Position numbers and translations under genes: made by a program
Notes under the pieces: model-generated
What the model was told of the DNA's origin: nothing
What the model saw: only the letters and a program-made list of their open reading frames with translations
Databases searched by the model: none
Shown: piece after piece, positions 1 through 15,877 of the stretch
Layout of the letters: every line of letters begins with the position of its first letter
Position numbering within the stretch: position 1 is the stretch's first letter
Source of the DNA: the human T2T-CHM13v2.0 reference genome, Homo sapiens
Strand: one strand, 5' to 3'
Assembly: GCF_009914755.1 (NCBI RefSeq)
Contig: NC_060942.1
DNA length: 64,000 nt

Positions 1-870
<870 letters not shown>

Positions 871-1029
871 GATGAATATTGAACAAAAGCACATCTTGGA
901 ATAAAGAAATAGGACAAATGCACAAAGGTAAGGATTTGCAAAGTTAGTTCAAGAAATAGCGACCTAGTGTGGTGATAGCATGTGGGGAAATAGAAAATAC
1001 AACTGGAAATGTAGGTGAGTTCAGATCCG

Positions 1030-1370
1030 AGAGGAATTTGAAATTTAGAGTTTCAATCTGTAGGCAAGGAGGAGACCTGAGGGGTTTGGGAAGTGAAAGC
1101 ATCCAACGAGAGCCATCCATTCTGCTGATGACACCATTGGCAGCTTGAGAGCAGATGGGAGCTGGGTGCACGAGGCAGAGAGATGTGAGAAGGCCACTGC
1201 AGTGGCTCAAGCGAAAGTACCGTGAGTCTGACTCAGGATGGTGGCAGTGGGGCCAGAGAGGAGGTGATGATTGCTACAGACCTGGAGGAGGGGGTCAGCA
1301 GGCCTCAGAGAATGACTGAGTGTGGAGAGGAGGGAAGGAACCTGGGGTGACTAACTCTCATGCCTGAGTT
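1030..1370 (-). mobile_element. L2 fragment
   Basis: Antisense L2-like motifs (gaggaatttg..., ggatggtggcagtgg...agagagg). Confidence 0.6.
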
Positions 1371-1483
1371 ATTGTTAGGAGGACAGAAATTTCTCATCAT
1401 GTGGCTGCAGATGTTATTCTGTTCCTCCAGCTCTTCTCCATCTGGTTCCTCATATGGAAGGTTGATTCCTCATATGGAAGGTT

Positions 1484-1560
1484 CATTTTACAGATGAAGA
1501 AACTGAGGTTCTGGAACTCAGCGACTTGCCCAAGAGCGATAGGGGAGCTAGGCCCCCATT
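1484..1560 (-). mobile_element. MIR core fragment
   Basis: cattttacagatgaagaaactgagg...gacttgcccaag. Confidence 0.75.
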
Positions 1561-2360
1561 GCAGCACCTGGAGGAGTTGTAGAGGGCAGGGCTCTGGAGC
1601 TATGTTGCTCCTCTTGGAGTATGATGAGATTGCCTCATCTGTGTGCAAGGAGTGGAGGCGCAGTGGGGCAGGGGATGAGGACACGTGCTCCTATGTGTGT
1701 CTGTGCCATAGGCATGTGTGGGTGAGTAGGATGGCACATGTGCCCGATGGATTTCTCTCTCAAGAAGTGTTGATGGGCACCAGTGCTCCCTGGGTGGCTT
1801 CCTCTTCCCAAATAAACAATCATATGACACAATGTCTGAAAGCCCAGAATATTTCCTGTCTCTTTGGCCTGATGCCCTGTGTGCTGCAAACCTGGAGCCA
1901 TTGCAGCCACCCCAGCCATCCACCTCCTTCCACCCCAGTCTCTAGCGCCAGACTCCTGGAACACCGTGAGCTCATGTGCCTGGCCTGCCTGGCCTGCCTG
2001 GCACCAGCCACTCAAAGAGGCTGTAACTTCTTCTTTCAGCCAAGGAAAACCCAGAGGCTGGGCCAATGACCTGAACTTTCTCCAAAAGCCTGGCCCAGCT
2101 CCATTTCCACACCTGGAGGCCCTGTCCTCCCAGGGGTCTGTTACTCCCACTGGGGCCCCTATTTGGGAACTCGTGAGCAGAGTCCATGGTTACCAAAAGG
2201 AAGTTGTGTTTACCAGGAACCGTGACCTTCTCTCCAAGCTGTAAGTAAAGCAGCAACAGCACAGGAAGCGAAAGGGGACCTGGAAGTTTCTGGCCTACAG
2301 AAATCTATCCATCCACTGGGGTCTAGTTAATTGGTCATCCACCTGTGACTCCTTACTCAA

Positions 2361-2723
2361 TGATTTGATTTGGCTCTACGTCCCCACCCAAATCTCACCT
2401 TGAATTGTAATAATCCCCACGTATTGTGGGAGGGACCTGCTGGGAGGTAATTGAATCATGGGGGTGGGTTTTTCCCTGTGCTGTTCTCCTGATAGTGAAT
2501 AAGTCCTATGAGATCTCATGGTTTTATAAAGGGGAATTCCCCTCAACATGTTCTCTCTTGCCTGCTGCCATGTAGGATGTGACTTTTCTCCTCACTCATA
2601 TTCCCTCATGATTGTGAGGCCTCCCCAGCCATGTGGAACTGTGAGTCAATTAAACCTTTTTCTTTTATAAATTACCGAGTCTCGGGCATGCCTTTATTAG
2701 CAGTGTGAAAACAGACTAATACA
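2361..2723 (+). mobile_element. THE1-type MaLR solo LTR
   Basis: tgatttgatttggctc...ccccacccaaatctcacc start; ...gtgtgaaaacagactaataca end. Confidence 0.9.
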
Positions 2724-3049
2724 ACCAAACTCCATGAGAAAGCACTCTGAATTCCCACAGCAAATGTGTATAGTGTTATCATAGCCATTGTTACCTGAAA
2801 AGAAAATACATTCTATTTTTCTGTGCCAAGCCCAATTGATGGGTAGTGATTGTCTGGTAGCTGTCTCAAGAAGAAAGCTGAGGCCGCATGCAGGCACAGC
2901 AGGAAGTCTCGCCACCACCTGGTAGGAAAGGCAGCTGCAGTGGGTCACAGCCAGGTACCGCATGGCTGCCTGCTCAGACTACCACACTGCACTGCCCTTG
3001 GTTACTTTGACTACCCCCTGCCCCAACCGCCAATCACCATATAAGTAAT

Positions 3050-3485
3050 TTGGGGACAGGATTCCATTCGTTCATTTTTGTATCTCCAGTACCTTGCATA
3101 GTGCCCGGCATTTAGTAGGTGCTCAGGAAATACTTTGCTGAATGAATGTTTGGTTAAAAGACTCCATAATCCTTCTCACAGCATGAGAAGCGGATGCATG
3201 TGGCCTAACCGTTGACAAGTAGTAATTATGCAAACTCAACTTCCTCCAGCCATGCCTCCCTGAGCCCTACACAGGGGAGGCCGCTCCTTCTCTAGGCACT
3301 TGAGGTCTCTCCTGTAATCTTATTCCTGATGACATGTTGTCTGACTATGTCTTTATATAGCTTTATTTTTATGTCTCCAAATTAATAACTTGAGGTTAGC
3401 AATGGTAGCTTCTCCTCTAACTTACACTGTACCTAGAATGTTGAACCCAGAGGCACTTAGTAATTCCTGGTTAAATGAATGAATG
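3050..3485 (+). mobile_element. L2 3'-end fragments (two)
   Basis: gtgcccggcatttagtaggtgctcagg...tgaatgaatg, and a second ...aaatgaatgaatg tail. Confidence 0.6.
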
Positions 3486-4177
3486 TGTCATCTTCTGACT
3501 CTCCAATGTCATTTGCTCTTCTGTTTTTTAAACACTCTTCATTTGGTTTAGCATCTGGTAGTCAATGGATTCCCATCTCACATAAATGTATCTGATTTCT
3601 TCTTAGCAAACAGTGATGACCTTAATTCAATTTCTAAATATTAATCAAATCATAGAATTTTGTCAGAATGTACCATACAGTTTAAAACACTTGACAGATT
3701 AACAAACGGAGACTCTAATCATTGACAGAGCTTCTATCTCCTCTCTCCATTTCATTCATTTATTCATTCAATGATAGTATTTTAGAGTAAAATATTTAAT
3801 AAAAACAATGTATTATAGATAATTTTTGGAATAACACAGAGCAAACCGTACTTCTTAATGTTTTGATATCTAGTTTATATTTATGTGAGCTGCTAGACAA
3901 AACCAGCCTTAAATGTAGGCAGAACTGGCAGGACTCCCCAACTCAGGTTCACTGGACTTTAAATCCCTCTCCCACCCACACACAGCCCTTCAACAAGAAT
4001 TTACCAACAATCTAACTTGTGCTTTAGCCAAGTATCAACAGTGATACAAAAGCAATGGAATACACAACCCATGCCCTCCAAGTATTGAGCTCTACAACTG
4101 TCTAGAGCTTTAAACATATTTATGGGCTGTCAAAGCTGTAACAGCATCTCATGGAAGCAGATTTTCTAGAAATTTAA

Positions 4178-4861
<684 letters not shown>

Positions 4862-5599
4862 TGAAATTCCTAATAATAATCTCATTTTTGGATTTGTGTT
4901 TTATATGTGAAGTCCCATGGGACGACGAAGCATGCACGTGAGCAGAGGAGAGCTGCTCCATGTCATCTGCCCTTGGCTGCCCCGCTCACACATAGTGCCT
5001 GCTGTGCCCACTGTGCTGCTCTCATGACACCCTTACGAGGCCCTCCCTTTGAGTCTCCTGGACTCCCATGCATTGTGAGCCTACAGGAGTTCTGTGCTCA
5101 TGTTCCATATTCGCTCGTCTACAACTGAGTGAGCAGGGAACTGACAGCCCAGAGAGGCCAGCTTTCCATTCAAACCAGAGCTTGCTTCCAATTTAGAAAG
5201 ATGACAATGACATTCTAAGAAGCACAAATGACCAAGGAACCCTATCATATCCTTTTTTACTAACGTTGCTTCTCTATGTTAGCCAGGCACTTATACTGAA
5301 AACGGTGACATCCAAAGAAAGGAAAAGACAGGCAGCCCAAGTTCCTTGTCCTGTAAGTCCTTCCTTACTTGTCAGTGAACTGAAGGTAGAGGTGGAATGT
5401 ATCAAAACGTGAAATAAACAGGGTTGAGTTGGTTTTATCCAGCATCTCCCCTATTGTGATAAGAATAAAACACATATGAATATATGGGGTATGAAACATG
5501 AATTGCATAATTTTGGTGATTCTAAAGATGAGTTAAATGCCTTTACATTTGCACTTAAAACCGGCATCGTTTATGCCAAAGGAGGAAAAGACACAGGTA

Positions 5600-5880
5600 T
5601 CCATCGAGGGATGAGCGAGGTACCTAGAGAAGTCAAACTCATAGACAGAAAGTCGCAGGGTGGCAGTCAGGGCCCGGGTGGAGGGGAGACTCGGGAGTTA
5701 CTGCTTAATGGGGACAGAGGATTCAGTTTGGAAAGATGAAAAAAGTTCTTGGGGAATGATGGTGCCGATTGCACCACAAGGTGAAAGTACTTAATGTCAT
5801 ACACTTGAAACCATACACTTGAAAATGGTTAAAGTGGTAAATTTTATGTTATGGGCATTTTACTGCGATCAATCAATCAA
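5600..5880 (+). mobile_element. L1MB-type 3' UTR fragment
   Basis: gtcaaactcatagacagaaag...aaaatggttaaagtggtaaattttatgttat. Confidence 0.75.
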
Positions 5881-6605
5881 TGGCACCATATAAAGATAAA
5901 TGGCAAAATTCATGCTAATAATTTATGTTTTATTTTTCGTTACTTATAATCACAATAGCAACGTTAAAAAAAAAACATAAATTGGGAGAGATTACAGAAG
6001 GAAAAAAAGCTTTGTATTTGAGTACCTTTAACTTCACTTCGCCCCTGGGTTTTCATTTTGCACCGGCACCGCCCACTCCATAGCCAGCAGGGTCCTCGCT
6101 GTCCATCAACATCTGAGTTCCTGCGGGCTGGTTGCCTCCTTAGCCTCCACATTCACCACCCTCCATACACATGCTCGCCCCTTTTCCCTCCAGTTTCTCC
6201 TCCTTCCCTGTTCTTCCTCCCGCCTGCCTTTCTTTTCCTTAATCAAGAGCAAGAGAGGAGCTGTCAGTCTCTCCACTTACTTTCCTGGAGGGCATTTCAT
6301 CTCCTTCCTCGCCCTCCCGCTTTCACAGAGCCCCGCCCACAGCCTTCTACCTCGCCCTCTGCTCATTCCCCTCCTCCCTTCCCCACCCACTCCCTTCCCT
6401 TTGAAGATCAGCTTTGTCCGCCCCTTCTCTTTCATCCTGTAGCCTCGAAGGACTACTCCCATGCCCCCTGCTTCCTGCTGGTTTAGGTCACTCGTGAGTT
6501 GGGAGAAGATCCCGTCCACCTAGAGGTCTGAAGTTTATTTTTTTCTCTCCACTCGACTGGATTCAAAATGGGTTATCCAGAAACACTTCAAAAAGAACAG
6601 GTGGG

Positions 6606-7039
6606 CAATGCAAATGGCCAGCAATGGATGAATAATGGATAAACTAAATGTGGTCTATCCATACAATGGTATATTATTCAGCCTTAAACAGAATGAAATT
6701 CTGAAAATGCTACAAAACATGAATGAACCTTGAAGACATTATGCTAAGTGAAATAAACCAGATGCAAAAGGACATATACTGTATGATCCCACTTAGATAA
6801 GGGACTTACAGTAGTCAAATTCAGAGGTAGAATGAGTGGTTCCAGGGGCTGAGGAAAGAAGGAAATGGAGAGTTATTGCTTAATGGGTACAGAATGTTTT
6901 TTGTGGATGATAAAAAAAAGTTCTGGAAATGGATAGTACCAGTGGTTTACAACATTGTGAATGTACTTAATGTCATTAACTGTACACTTCAAAATTGTTA
7001 AAATGGTAAAATCTATGTTATACATATTATATCACAATA
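6606..7039 (+). mobile_element. 5'-truncated L1MB 3' end with TSD
   Basis: gacattatgctaagtgaaataaaccag...cacaataaaaa; TSD aaaaag(a/t)acaggtggg at 6590-6605 and 7040-7055. Confidence 0.85.
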
Positions 7040-7419
7040 AAAAAGTACAGGTGGGAATGCTGACCTGTGCCCTGGCCTCTTTATCATCTTCCTTCTCCTC
7101 CTAGAGGTGTGTGTGCCCTGGAGGAGGGAAAGGATGAGTTGGGTCTTCAGCTCAAGGAGGGGCAGGAAAAAGAGGAAATGAAGGTGAAGATGTGGTGTTC
7201 TCCCTCAAGGTTATGGTGCTGGCTGACATTGCACTTGTCTAGTGCACAAGCATCTCAAACACAACATCTGCAAAAGCCAGCTTACACTTCCCCAGAGCTG
7301 GGTTCTACCTGGGTTCATTTTCTGTGAACAGAAGTGTATTAAACTCTTAGTTTGGCTTCCCCCGAATCATACCTGCAGACAAGGATCCAGTTGCAAGTCG
7401 TTTAGTTGGGAGGTGATGT

Positions 7420-7755
7420 CTCAGTGAGGCCTGATCTGACCATTCCATTTAAAAATACAACCCCCCTCTTGTCCCACCAAGACCATGCTCTATTTTTAGA
7501 GCATTTATCGGCTTCAAATATACTTTGTAAATCACTCATTTATGATGCTTATTCTTATGGTCTATTTTTCCCCATTAGAGTATAAAACCACAGTGCATGT
7601 TTTTTCATCTATGTTGTTCATGTTAAGTCTCCGGGACAGTGCACATACAGTAAGCTAGAAAAACATAGATGTTTTTCATCTGTGTTGATGTATGTTAAGT
7701 GTACTGATTGGTGCACATACTGTAAGCTTGATAAACACTTGTTGAGTGAAATAAT
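7420..7755 (+). mobile_element. L2 3' region with an internal ~72-bp tandem duplication
   Basis: ctcagtgaggcc...ctgaccattccatttaaaa...; ends ataaacacttgttgagtgaa. Confidence 0.55.
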
Positions 7756-8229
7756 GATTTGGTGAATTGTGATGGCCCCATTTTTTGCTCCCTTAATAGC
7801 CAGAAACCACATTAGTGCAGATACTGCCTTATTCTCTGAATCTTGCACACCTAGCACCATGCCTGTCACATCCTGGAATGTTTGAACATAAGACAGTGTA
7901 ACCCAGTCTAGAGTGACAACTCCTGGCCATGCCTATTGTCTCACCATTGCATCTTTAAAGTTGTGATGCCTTGAACTCTGAGGACTGTACCTGTTTTTTG
8001 ATCATTTTTCTTTTTCCTGTCTTGCATTTAGCCATCCTAAAGATAAGTCTTCAAGATAAGATTGAGCATGTCCACCAACCTAGGCACCCATTTGCCTGAA
8101 GATTTTTGGTGACACCTGAAGAGGTTGACTCTTAGGTTCCTCTCTCTAAACTCCAGAAAGACCACTCCTCTTCTGACACTTAATTTGCTTCTATGTGTTA
8201 ATGTTATAGATTATTGAGCAGAAGCTCAC

Positions 8230-8646
8230 ACATGCTCTGGGCACTCAGTATTCCAGTTCCTATCTTAAGTCCCCCTTGACTTTCCACCTGAGCACTTTTT
8301 CTTAGCCAAAGTGACAAGGAGGTAATGTTTCCCTCTCTACCTACTGGGAGCAGCCCTGGTGGATGGGAATTAGAAGGTAAGTTCTTCAGCTTATTCACAT
8401 CTCTGGGCATGGGGGTGTGGGGGACCATGGGCATGTTTGATTCTGTCTGCCAGAGTTCTCCAGAGTGATGAACCCACTCGCCATCAGAGGTACTCTGGTG
8501 CCACACCCCATAATACTCTTTATTGGATTCCTTCTCTTCCCCATGTTACTTCCCCATTCCCTAACCAGTGCTTCCTGGGCACATCTCCCAGTGGCTGCTG
8601 TGCTGAAATCTTGGTCTCAGCATCTGCTCCTGGCCAAACTAAGACA
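8230..8646 (+). mobile_element. LTR16-like ERVL LTR
   Basis: ...ttattggattccttctcttcccc...ggtctcagcatctgctcc...aaactaagaca terminus. Confidence 0.6.
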
Positions 8647-8699
8647 ATTATATTATTGCTTTCTTATATGTACTGCTTTTCTGAAATCGCTAATGGTAG

Positions 8700-9217
8700 A
8701 CTTTTTAACTTTTATATTACGAATTATAATACATATAAAATGCACACTTTCTGCATGTACAGCTCAAGGGATTATTGCAAAGTGAACACCAGCATGTCCA
8801 CCACGCATGACAGAAAATAAAACAGCGCCAGTGCTCCCAGAAGTCCCTGTGCTGCCTCCGCCCTTTCTTACATGTCCCTCCTTCCCTAGCCACTATCCTG
8901 ACTTCTAAAACCATCAATAACTTTGCCTACTTTTGAACTTGATATAAATGCACTTATTCAATATACATTCTTTCAGGTGTGACTTCTTTAACTCGCTAGT
9001 GTTTGTTGCCTTTCATCTATGATGCTGTACAGGGTACAGTTCATTAACTTGCACTGTGTCGTGCTCCATTGTATGGATATACCACAGTGTACTTATCTAT
9101 TCTATCATGGATAGTCATTCTGGGTGATTACAAAAACAAAACAAACAAACAAAAAATGCTGCTGTGAACATTCTTGTATGTGCACATGCATACACAATTC
9201 TGTTGGCTACATACATC
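8700..9217 (-). mobile_element. L1ME/L1MC 3' region
   Basis: ccactatcctgacttct...ttttgaacttgatataaatg...ccattgtatggatataccacag...gctgctgtgaacattcttgta. Confidence 0.75.
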
Positions 9218-9374
9218 AGGGTGGTCTCATTGTAGACTTGGGGGCACTTGTGATACTGGGTGGGAGAAATGATTTGTTTTTAGCAGGGGACCCTCTCTGG
9301 GTGCCCATAATATGATACCATGCATGCAGTTGGGTCCTTATTATTGCCATTTATAAATGCGGCTACAAATAAGG

Positions 9375-9798
9375 GGATCTGTGGCTGCCATAGCAAATTA
9401 CCACAAACAAAACTTTATCCTTTCATAGTTCTGGAGGCCAGAAGTCAAAATCAAGATGTCAGCAGCACTGGTTTCTTCTGGAGGCTCCAAGGGAGAATCT
9501 TTCTGAGCCTGTCTCCTAGCTTTCAGTGGCCCCTGATGGTCACTGGCATTCTTTGGCTTCAGATGCATTTCTAAGCCCTGCCTCCATCCTCAAATTGCCT
9601 CTCCCCTCTGTCTTTTCCCCTTCTCTCCTCTTCTAAGGACACTTGTCATTGGACTTCAGGCCTATCCCAATCCAGGATGATCTCATCTTGAGATCCATTT
9701 ACCTTAATTATATCTTCAAAGACCTTTTCCCAAATAGAGTAATAGTTACAGGTTCTGGGTAGACCTATCTCTATGGGCCACCATTCAATCCACTACAG
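9375..9798 (-). mobile_element. MLT1B/C-type MaLR LTR
   Basis: ggctgccatagcaaattaccacaaac...agttctggaggccagaagtc...ccattcaatccactaca. Confidence 0.8.
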
Positions 9799-10256
9799 GA
9801 TCCAAGAAGTTGGAGATAGATCCTCCCTAAGAGTTAAACTTGTAAAATCAGTACACAAAGAAGAAGCTAAGTTCTCTGAGTCACCTTGGGCCATAGGCAG
9901 GACATCCCACAAATCAAAATATTAATACAAGGAGCAGTGTGTGGCAGAAATTAATCAAAAGCCTCTGTTAAGTGATCTTCAAAGAGTTTCCATTTTGTGA
10001 AAAGGCACCATAAAAATCAAAGTGCTCCTGGCCAAGGTCATACTTAGGTTGTTATTATCTGATGATTTGGTCTGCCCCACCCGGTCATCCCAGTCAGTCC
10101 TCCCAAAGAAAAATAGGAGGTGACAGAAGGGACACCCAGGCATAGAGTGAAAGTCAGGACACCACGATAGAGGAGAAACACTGAAGACAAATTTTTCACC
10201 TTGAAAATGTTCTGAGGACTGATTAAAAGACAGGGGCCCTAGTTGAAGAAAATACA

Positions 10257-10296
<40 letters not shown>
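10257..10296. repeat. (CA)n microsatellite
   Basis: About 18 CA units. Confidence 0.95.
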
Positions 10297-10298
<2 letters not shown>

Positions 10299-10378
10299 GA
10301 AACTTTGCTTTACAAAGTATTCTTTACAGAGAGCTCCCCTGCAAATCATTTGTCTGCAGTATCCCTTTAGAAATCAAG

Positions 10379-10756
10379 TGTATTAGTTCATTTTCACACT
10401 GCTATAAAGAACTGCCTGAAACTGGGTCATTTATAAAGGAAAGAGGTTTAATTTACTCACAGTTCTGCATGGCTGGGGAGACCTTGGGAAACTTACAATC
10501 ATGGTGGAAGGCAAAGGGGAAGCAGGCACCTTCTTCACAAGGTGGCAGGAAGAAGAATGAATGCAGGAAGAACTACTGAACCCTTATAAAACCATCAGAT
10601 CTCGTGAGAACTCACTCACCATCATGAGAACAGCATGGGGGAAACAGCCCCCATGATTCAATTACCTGCACCTGGTCTGTCCCTTGGCATGTGGGGATTA
10701 TGGGGATTATAATTCAAGATGAGATTTGGGTGGGGACACAAAGCCTAACCATATCA
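10379..10756 (-). mobile_element. THE1D/MSTA-type solo LTR
   Basis: tgtattagttcattttcac...ctaaccatatca; perfect 5-bp TSD TCAAG (10374-10378, 10757-10761). Confidence 0.92.
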
Positions 10757-11142
10757 TCAAGATTCCTTCATACATTTAAAATGCTTTTTTAACCCAAGAT
10801 TGAGCTTGCTCATAGCTTTTCAGGACCATATCTATTGCCAAAAGCCAGGTTTTCTTGTACCAGTGAAAATGCTCTGGTAGTTTAATCATTTTTTGTTTGT
10901 TTGTTTGTTTGCCCTGGTCTCATGAGCAACTTAACATTAGCTCTAGTGAATAAACTGCTCCATGCTTCTCCTCATCTGGAAAATGTAAGGGTTTTCCTCC
11001 ATGGAGCAAGCCTCATTCTGTCTGACGTATGCTGGAATCAGAAGACTTGGTATTCAATAGCAACAGGATCCTGGCATCTTGTTTCTTCTCTCTGTTCCTC
11101 CAAGCTCTCTATCTTTTAGATAAAATTAACAATTCAAAATTA

Positions 11143-11450
<308 letters not shown>

Positions 11451-12039
11451 GGAGTGAGAAGTTTTTCTTTGGGAAGATTTTCTATAAATCTAAAACGTAT
11501 TCAGGAAGAAATCTCTATTTCTCCTGCACAAACATGCCAGTATATTTTATTGATTCTAGAGTTTGCATGAAGCTGAAGCATCAGTTGTCCAACCAGGCTA
11601 CACAGCAGCAATACCACAATCACAAGACAATTGCACAACAACCAGTATAACAGCTGTTGGAGTGCTGGATCTCTGAGTCAGATGGCCCCCTGATCACCCA
11701 GCTGTGTTAGCAGAGCCCAGAACCCACCACAGCAGCAGCAGGCCTGCAGACACCTGTTCAATTTGCTTTCCCTCCCTCTCCCTACACCCACTTTGCATTG
11801 CTCCTCATGATGCTTCCCAGCCAGCTGCCTTCCCCATCCCACGAAGCTGGAGCAAGAGCCTGCCTGCTGCAGGCACACCACACCCTCTCCCTCTGGCAAT
11901 GGTGTAGTGTGAAGGAAAGGAAAGGAGCTCCGCCCACAAAGACCAGGCGAAGTCTCAGTTCGGAGCTAACTAATAATGGGGCCTCGAGCAAGTCCTTTCA
12001 CCTTGCCGTGAGTAGGGGCTACCGCCCTTGCCAACATGG

Positions 12040-12275
12040 GGCTGAAGGCTTGGGCTCCAGGGAAGACCACCTGGGTTTCAAATTTGGATTCCCCTACTGA
12101 GTAGCTGTGTGACCTTGGGCAAGTGGCACAACTTATCTGTTTTCTCAACTACAAAATGGGGACAATAAAGTGCCTTCCTCACGGGGGTCATTGAAGATGA
12201 GTTGAAGTATTACGAGTGAGGAAGGCTGAACAGTGGCTGCCAAAGAGTAGGAGCTCAATAAATGTTGGCTATTAT
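12040..12275 (+). mobile_element. MIR, near full-length
   Basis: tagctgtgtgaccttgggcaagt...aaaatgggga...gctcaataaatgttggctattat. Confidence 0.85.
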
Positions 12276-12589
12276 CTCACAGGTTGCAGGACTTGCAGGA
12301 AATGCTGGATGTGGAAAAACTGGGGGAGGTACAAGGCCAAAGAGAAAAAAGAGAGAGAAAGAGGCACATGGTCATTTTCCTAGTGCTTATAGCCCTTATT
12401 TATTAACCCCTTATTTATATATCTCATTTTTTGGCCTTTTCAATTTCTTTCTCTAAGAAACACCCGAAGCCAATTGTGCGATGGAAGAAGGAGTGCAGTT
12501 TTCTACCAGACTGATATGGTGGATTGTGGACAGCCTCGGAGGCCGCGATCTGAACAGTTCTTCCTGCCTGGGACGTGGTAACCCTCTGT

Positions 12590-13143
<554 letters not shown>

Positions 13144-15445
13144 TTATTCAACCCTTTCTTCCTCATTGTCTCCTTCCAACACCTGGCTAGTACCTCACAC
13201 ACACTCAGTGCTCAATAACATGCTTGCTGAGATGACTTGAGGTTGGGGAGAGAGAGGGAAAAGAATCCATAACCCTTGTGGGTTTCCTGCTCTGAAGGCC
13301 CTGCCATCTCTCAGCACTGCGTGGGCTTTCCAAACATGTCACCAGTGAAATCACAAGGCCACCAGGAGGGCGGCACAGGGTGAGGTCAGAGAGAATTATC
13401 TAATTTTGTAAATTGCATCTTGCAATCACACACACACCCATGGGTGGTAGTAAGGGAGAGAAGGGAAGGGAAGGCAAAGTAGACAATTTTATGCATGTAG
13501 AATTGCAGGTCCTGCCAGATGGCTCACAGGCCCAGGGCTGGCCCTGGGCAAAACTGTGCAGCAGGAAAGTTTGTGTTCATTGCTGTCACTCGCTCCATTT
13601 CATCATCCTCTCCATCCCCACTCCCCTACCCCCGCAGCACACACACACATCCTACCCTAGCACTCTGTCCTCTGACATATCCACACTTTCCTCTGGGATC
13701 CCACCTGCCTGCCACAGATCTGAGTCTTTCTCCACTCCCCTGCCTCATGGCCCCACCCTTTCTCCCACCAATAACCCCCTGTTCCATGAAAGCTTCCCAA
13801 CAGCTTTGAGAATTGTCGTCCCTGATCATATTAGCATTGATCCACTCTTTTCAGGTAACAGAGTTTGAACTCCACCTCGTATTGTCACTGAGTGCAGATC
13901 TGCCTTCCAAGAGGAAGATGGCAGGTTCCTTGAAGTTGGGGACTGTATCAGGTCCTCACTGCAGCCAACACAGAGCCCAGTACTATCGGGACCATGGAAG
14001 CTGCTCAGGGATCACTCAGTAATATACTGGGCTTTTTTGCTTGTTTGTTTTACCAGTCACTTGCATGTTAGTACAAGCAGTCATGAAGTCAAAGTCTCTA
14101 AAAATGTTGGGTGGGATTAGGAGGATCTAAAGACTCCTGAGGATGGAGGAAATGAGCTCCTTAAAGGAACTGGCTGGAGGCTTACTCCCTCGGGTAGTGT
14201 CGTGGAACTGTAGTGTTCCATGAAAAAATTCTGACTCAGCTTGGGTGAAGAGTCTATGGGAATTCTCTGCAACATTTTGCAATTTTTCCATTAGTCTAAA
14301 AATCATTTCAAAATATAAAAGAAGGAGGAGAATGAGGAGAAGACAATGACAAGCCAAAGTCGTTTTACATAAATTTTATTAAACTTGGAGAAATACATTA
14401 TTACTGTCGTATATAAGCTCTTTGAGGGCACTGAAAAAGTAAGAAAACCAACTAATTCATCATGTGAGGTTAATATGACCTTCATTCCAAAAGCAAGGAC
14501 GATACAAAGAATGAAAAGCAAAGATCAGGCTCATGTATGGGCTCGGACACAATAGTTCTGAATTAACTGAGTAATAAGTTGAATATATCAGTGTATAAAG
14601 AAAAATATAACATAACTAAATAGGCTTTAATCCAGGAATGTGAGGCTGACTTATCATCAGAAAATCTTTTAATGAATTACACCATATTAGCTAATTATTA
14701 TGCTCATTTAAGTGCTGGAAAACCATTAAATAAACATCAAATATTCTTTGATTTTTTAAATTCATAATAAATAAAAAGAAGTCTTGGCAAACTAGGAATT
14801 GCAGAGAATTTGTTAACAAGACAAAATCTATCGAACTATAAAAATAAGAAATTTCGTTCAGGAAACTTGCTATATAGAAGAATAGTATAAAAATTAGTGC
14901 ATTTCTACAAATCGGTAATTGACAATTATAAAATGTAGTAGAGAAAAAGAACCCATTCATTAGAGCAATCAAATTTAGAAGGAAAATAGAACTACATTTG
15001 ACAAGGGAAATATGTGCAAGCAGCTCACAAAGAAATGTGCACATCTCAGCAGTTATCCATTGCTATGGAACAAACCACCCTAAAACTTTGCAGCCTAAAA
15101 CAACAACCATTTTATTTGCTCATGTTCTTGCAGGTCAGCAATCTGGTCCAGGCTTAGCTGGGGTGGTTTTTTTGCTGGTGTCACCAAGGCTCACTCATGC
15201 AGCTGCAGTTACCTATTGTCTCGATGGGCTGTATGATCTAAGATGGTGTCACTCATGTATCTGGTGGCTGGTACTGACTGTTGGCTGGGTTGCCTTCTGC
15301 AACCACGTAGCAATGGAACAGTTCCAAGAGGCAAAAGCAGAAGCTGCAAGGCATCCTGGGTAAGGCCACGGTTTGAATGTTTGTGTCCCCTCCAAAACTC
15401 ATGTTGAAACTTAATCCTCAATGCAACGGTATTAAGATGTTTTCA

Positions 15446-15540
15446 GGCCTGGGGCAGTGGCTCACGCCTGTAATTCCACTGCACTCCAGCCTGGGTGACA
15501 GAGTGAGACTCCATCTCAAAAAAATAAATAAATAAATAAA
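15446..15540 (+). mobile_element. Internally deleted mini-Alu (~95 bp)
   Basis: Alu nt ~1-30 fused directly to the last ~42 nt and an (AAAT)n tail; TSD gatgt(t/a)ttca. Confidence 0.9.
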
Positions 15541-15578
15541 GGGAGGGGATGTATTCAGACACGGGGACTTCATGGGGC

Positions 15579-15877
<299 letters not shown>

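Noticed and set aside
1446-1483. 20-bp tandem duplication ttcctcatatggaaggtt(ga)
   Set aside because: Ordinary local slippage at a MIR edge, with no functional indication.
1401-2069. Longest ORF in the window (222 aa, + strand)
   Set aside because: No recognisable domain, overlaps a MIR core, and similar-length ORFs occur in other frames; chance ORF in GC-rich DNA.
13357-13378. CTCF-like ggccaccaggagggcggc
   Set aside because: An extra base disrupts the core spacing; too weak to call.
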